Source of the DNA: Acidobacteriota bacterium
GTDB lineage: Bacteria; Acidobacteriota; Vicinamibacteria; Vicinamibacterales; UBA2999
NCBI GenBank assembly: GCA_016871195.1
Contig: VFZN01000003.1
Location: 1,902-65,901, forward strand
Direction of reading: 5' to 3'
Length of the DNA: 64,000 bases
The notes below the pieces were generated by a model. It was given only the letters and a program-made list of their open reading frames with translations, did not search any database and was not told the DNA's origin. The stretch's first letter is position 1, and every line of letters starts with the position of its first letter. This document shows, piece by piece, positions 61,850 through 64,000 of this stretch. The position numbers and the translations under genes are program-made.

Positions 61850-62763
61850 ATTACCAGTGCCTCGTCAAATACCACGTGAGGAGCCGTGCCCGACACACGC
61901 ACGTGCACGCCGAACGGAACGCTCCACTGTGCCCCGGCGGCGTGACCGAAGGGATAGCCGAACAGCACGGGACCGTGAAATCCCTGAAAGAACTCGCCGG
62001 CAACATCACGCCACTGATGGCTGCCGCCGGGCTCGTCGCAGCCGGGACACTCGCCGAAGACGACCGCGGAGGCACGCGCTAGCGCGCCACTCTGCGCCAG
62101 CTGGGTCAGCATGCGATGCATCCGGTATGGCCGCTCATTCACATCTTCGAGCCACAGCACGGCTCCTCGTGGCACCGGCATCCCCCAGGGCGTCCCCAGC
62201 AGCGACACCACCTGGGTGAGCGTGCCCCCGACCGCCAAACCACGAGCGTCGCCGGGAATCAATACCTCGACGCCCTCGGGCTCTTGAGGGCCCGCCGGCC
62301 TGTCGTCGGTGACCAGGCTCCAGAAGCTCTCGCGGTGATACCGCACCTCGCCGTCACTCAAGCGTCCGTCGAGCATGGGTCCGTGCAGGCTCGCCACTCC
62401 CTGCGCCAGTAACCATGCCTGCAGCGCCGTCATGTCGCTGTAGCCAATAAACAACTTGGGATCATGCTGGACCCACGCCGGCTCGAGCAACGGCAGCAGC
62501 TGCTGGCTGCCATAGCCTCCCCGGACGGCGACGAGGGCGCGCACGGCGGGATCGCACCATGCCTCGCGCAACACCTGCATTCGCACCGACGGACGACCGG
62601 CTTCGAAGCGGGTCCGCTCGAGAATGGCGGGGCTGTAGACCGGCTCGAGTCCAAGCTGGCGAAGCTCGTCGGCCCCGCGTTCGAGGGCGTCCCTACGGAA
62701 TCCGCTCGCCGGCGCGACCAAGGCCACGCGGTCGCCCGGGCACAACCGGCCGGGCCGCGTCAC
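61846..62763 (-). CDS. ldcA: LD-carboxypeptidase (muramoyltetrapeptide carboxypeptidase, S66)
   Basis: GDRVALVAPAS and GYSDMTAL (Ser nucleophile). I place the start at GTG 62763, which overlaps the nagZ stop as GTGA. ORF-track start 63015 lies inside nagZ. Confidence 0.85.
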   Translation of the reverse strand: MTRPGRLCPGDRVALVAPASGFRRDALERGADELRQLGLEPVYSPAILERTRFEAGRPSVRMQVLREAWCDPAVRALVAVRGGYGSQQLLPLLEPAWVQHDPKLFIGYSDMTALQAWLLAQGVASLHGPMLDGRLSDGEVRYHRESFWSLVTDDRPAGPQEPEGVEVLIPGDARGLAVGGTLTQVVSLLGTPWGMPVPRGAVLWLEDVNERPYRMHRMLTQLAQSGALARASAVVFGECPGCDEPGGSHQWRDVAGEFFQGFHGPVLFGYPFGHAAGAQWSVPFGVHVRVSGTAPHVVFDEALVI

Positions 62764-63854
62764 AGCAACGCCGCCATCTCGGCGGCCAGCCGCTGGTGAG
62801 CCTCGCAGCCCAGCACCTGCCGCAGCGTGCGAGCCCGCTCCCGCCATGAGGGCCGCGCGGCGGTAAGGAACCGACGCTTCGCCGCGGCCAGTCGCGCATG
62901 CGCAGAATCTAGCTGCGTGTGCGAAATATCTCCGCGCTCGACGGCATAAACCAGGGCCTCGAGGGTACGCACCTGCACGTCGACCTGGCCGGAACAGACC
63001 AGCACCGCGTCGCAACCAGCCTGCACCGCCGCGACCGCTGCCGTCGGTACGTCGTAGTGCGCCGCGACCGCCTTCATCTCGAGGTCGTCGCTCAGGATGA
63101 CGCCCCGATAGCCGAGGCGCCGCCGCAGGTGCCCGCTGACAATGGTCGACGACAGCGTGGCCGGGCGTGTCTCATCGAGCGACGGTACCAGCACATGGGC
63201 GGTCATGATGAAGGCCACCTCGGCCGCCACCGCCGCCCGGAACGGCTCAAACTCGACACGGTCGAGTCGATTGGGCGGATGCTCGACCAGCGGCAGCTCA
63301 AGGTGCGAGTCTGTTGCGGTGTCCCCGTGGCCCGGGAAATGTTTGCCGCAGGCTGCCACGCCGTGCGACTGCAGTCCCTGCACAAGCGCGGTGCCGAGGC
63401 GCGCCACATCGGCAGCCTGGTCGCTGAGCGCGCGGTCACCAATCACGGGATTCTTCGGGTTAGTGTGAATGTCGAGGACCGGCGCATAGTCGAGCGTGAT
63501 GCCGACCGCCCTGAGCTCGGCAGCCAGGGCCGTGGCAAATCGTGTGGCCAGCGACTCACCAGGGGCACGTCCCAGCGTGGCCATGGGCGGCCACGCCGTG
63601 AACGGGGCCTTGAGACGAGCGACGCGCCCGCCCTCCTGGTCAACGCTGACCCAGGCAGGCGACTCGCGGCCGAGGGCTTCACTCTCGGTGGCCAGCTCGT
63701 TGACCTGTTCGGGCTGTTCGATGTTCCGGGAAAACAGAATCACGCCGCCGAGATCGAACTCGCGCGCCAGTGCGTGCAGTTCAACAGGGAGGGTGGTCGA
63801 CGGAAAGCTGCCGATCAGCAGCTGTCCGATGGCACGGCGAGAGGCGGGAGGCAT
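62760..63854 (-). CDS. nagZ: beta-N-acetylhexosaminidase (GH3, NagZ)
   Basis: KHFPGHGDTATDSH motif and VSVDQEGGRV. Confidence 0.9.
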   Translation of the reverse strand: MPPASRRAIGQLLIGSFPSTTLPVELHALAREFDLGGVILFSRNIEQPEQVNELATESEALGRESPAWVSVDQEGGRVARLKAPFTAWPPMATLGRAPGESLATRFATALAAELRAVGITLDYAPVLDIHTNPKNPVIGDRALSDQAADVARLGTALVQGLQSHGVAACGKHFPGHGDTATDSHLELPLVEHPPNRLDRVEFEPFRAAVAAEVAFIMTAHVLVPSLDETRPATLSSTIVSGHLRRRLGYRGVILSDDLEMKAVAAHYDVPTAAVAAVQAGCDAVLVCSGQVDVQVRTLEALVYAVERGDISHTQLDSAHARLAAAKRRFLTAARPSWRERARTLRQVLGCEAHQRLAAEMAALL

Positions 63855-63880
63855 GCAGCAGCGGGAATTATAATTCGGTC

Positions 63881-64000
63881 GTGCACATCACCGCGTCGGC
63901 TCCAACACGCATCGACCTCGCAGGCGGCACGATCGACATCTGGCCGCTCTACCTGTTTCACCCCGGGGCGCAGACGCTCAACGTCGCCATCAGCCTCCGC
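63881..64000 (+). CDS. GHMP-family sugar kinase, N-terminal 40 codons (runs off the window)
   Basis: My translation from GTG 63881 gives VHITASAPTRIDLAGGTIDIWPLYLFHPGAQTLNVAISLR. The (S)AP.RI.LAGGG.D opening is typical of GHMP kinases of the heptose/fucose/uronate-1-kinase type. It is divergent from nagZ. Confidence 0.55.
   Translation, partial: MHITASAPTRIDLAGGTIDIWPLYLFHPGAQTLNVAISLR

Overview
This is a high-GC, very gene-dense chromosomal core segment of a diderm bacterium, with about 65 protein genes and one tRNA. Third codon positions are overwhelmingly G/C, which produces many long antisense shadow ORFs in the supplied track. The gene content includes type-B sdhCAB with a 5-helix cytochrome b, two-subunit GlyRS, Kdo/LapB genes and secretins. 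That is compatible with an Acidobacteriota- or Gemmatimonadota-like lineage, but the taxon is only a guess.

Most of the window is housekeeping:
- 1-17.2 kb, minus strand: ppdK, glyS-glyQ, recO, mgtE, era, corC-ybeY-phoH, aspS-hisS, dcd, ndk, sucD-sucC.
- 17.2-21.7 kb: sdhCAB and mdh.
- 21.9-28.4 kb: serA-like gene, then kdsB-pyrG-kdsA-kdsD-lapB.
- 29.7-35.4 kb: coaE-folD-thiE-accC-accB-pepP.
- 38.8-43.8 kb: rplM-rpsI-rpsB-tsf-pyrH-frr-thrC, followed by pfkA.
- 56.6-63.9 kb: a peptidoglycan synthesis and recycling operon.

Many adjacent genes overlap by 1-4 nt (ATGA, GTGA, TGATG), which suggests translational coupling.

The non-housekeeping patches are:
1. Three tandem, divergent paralogous lipoproteins directly after lapB.
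2. A pilQ secretin preceded by a single bitopic protein that looks like a PilN/PilO/PilP fusion and followed by a TPR protein, with no pilM/N/O/P genes.
3. A secreted matrixin-like protein whose zinc motif reads HLLGH (catalytic Glu replaced by Leu), followed by three FN3-like repeats.
4. A WecD-like acyltransferase, a PhyH-type oxygenase and an ArnC-like GT2, next to tRNA-Ala(CGC) and a 0.68-kb unexplained spacer.
5. A lolA gene overlapping a TPR-lipoprotein secretin with a proline-rich tail.
6. pxpB-pxpC embedded in nagZ-ldcA-mpl-...-murB-murA.

I found no CRISPR array, transposase, integrase, phage genes or rRNA. I also do not see an unambiguous, complete novel system such as a defence island. 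The items above are the best candidates for new biology, and all functional calls rest on my reading of the translations, not on database searches.
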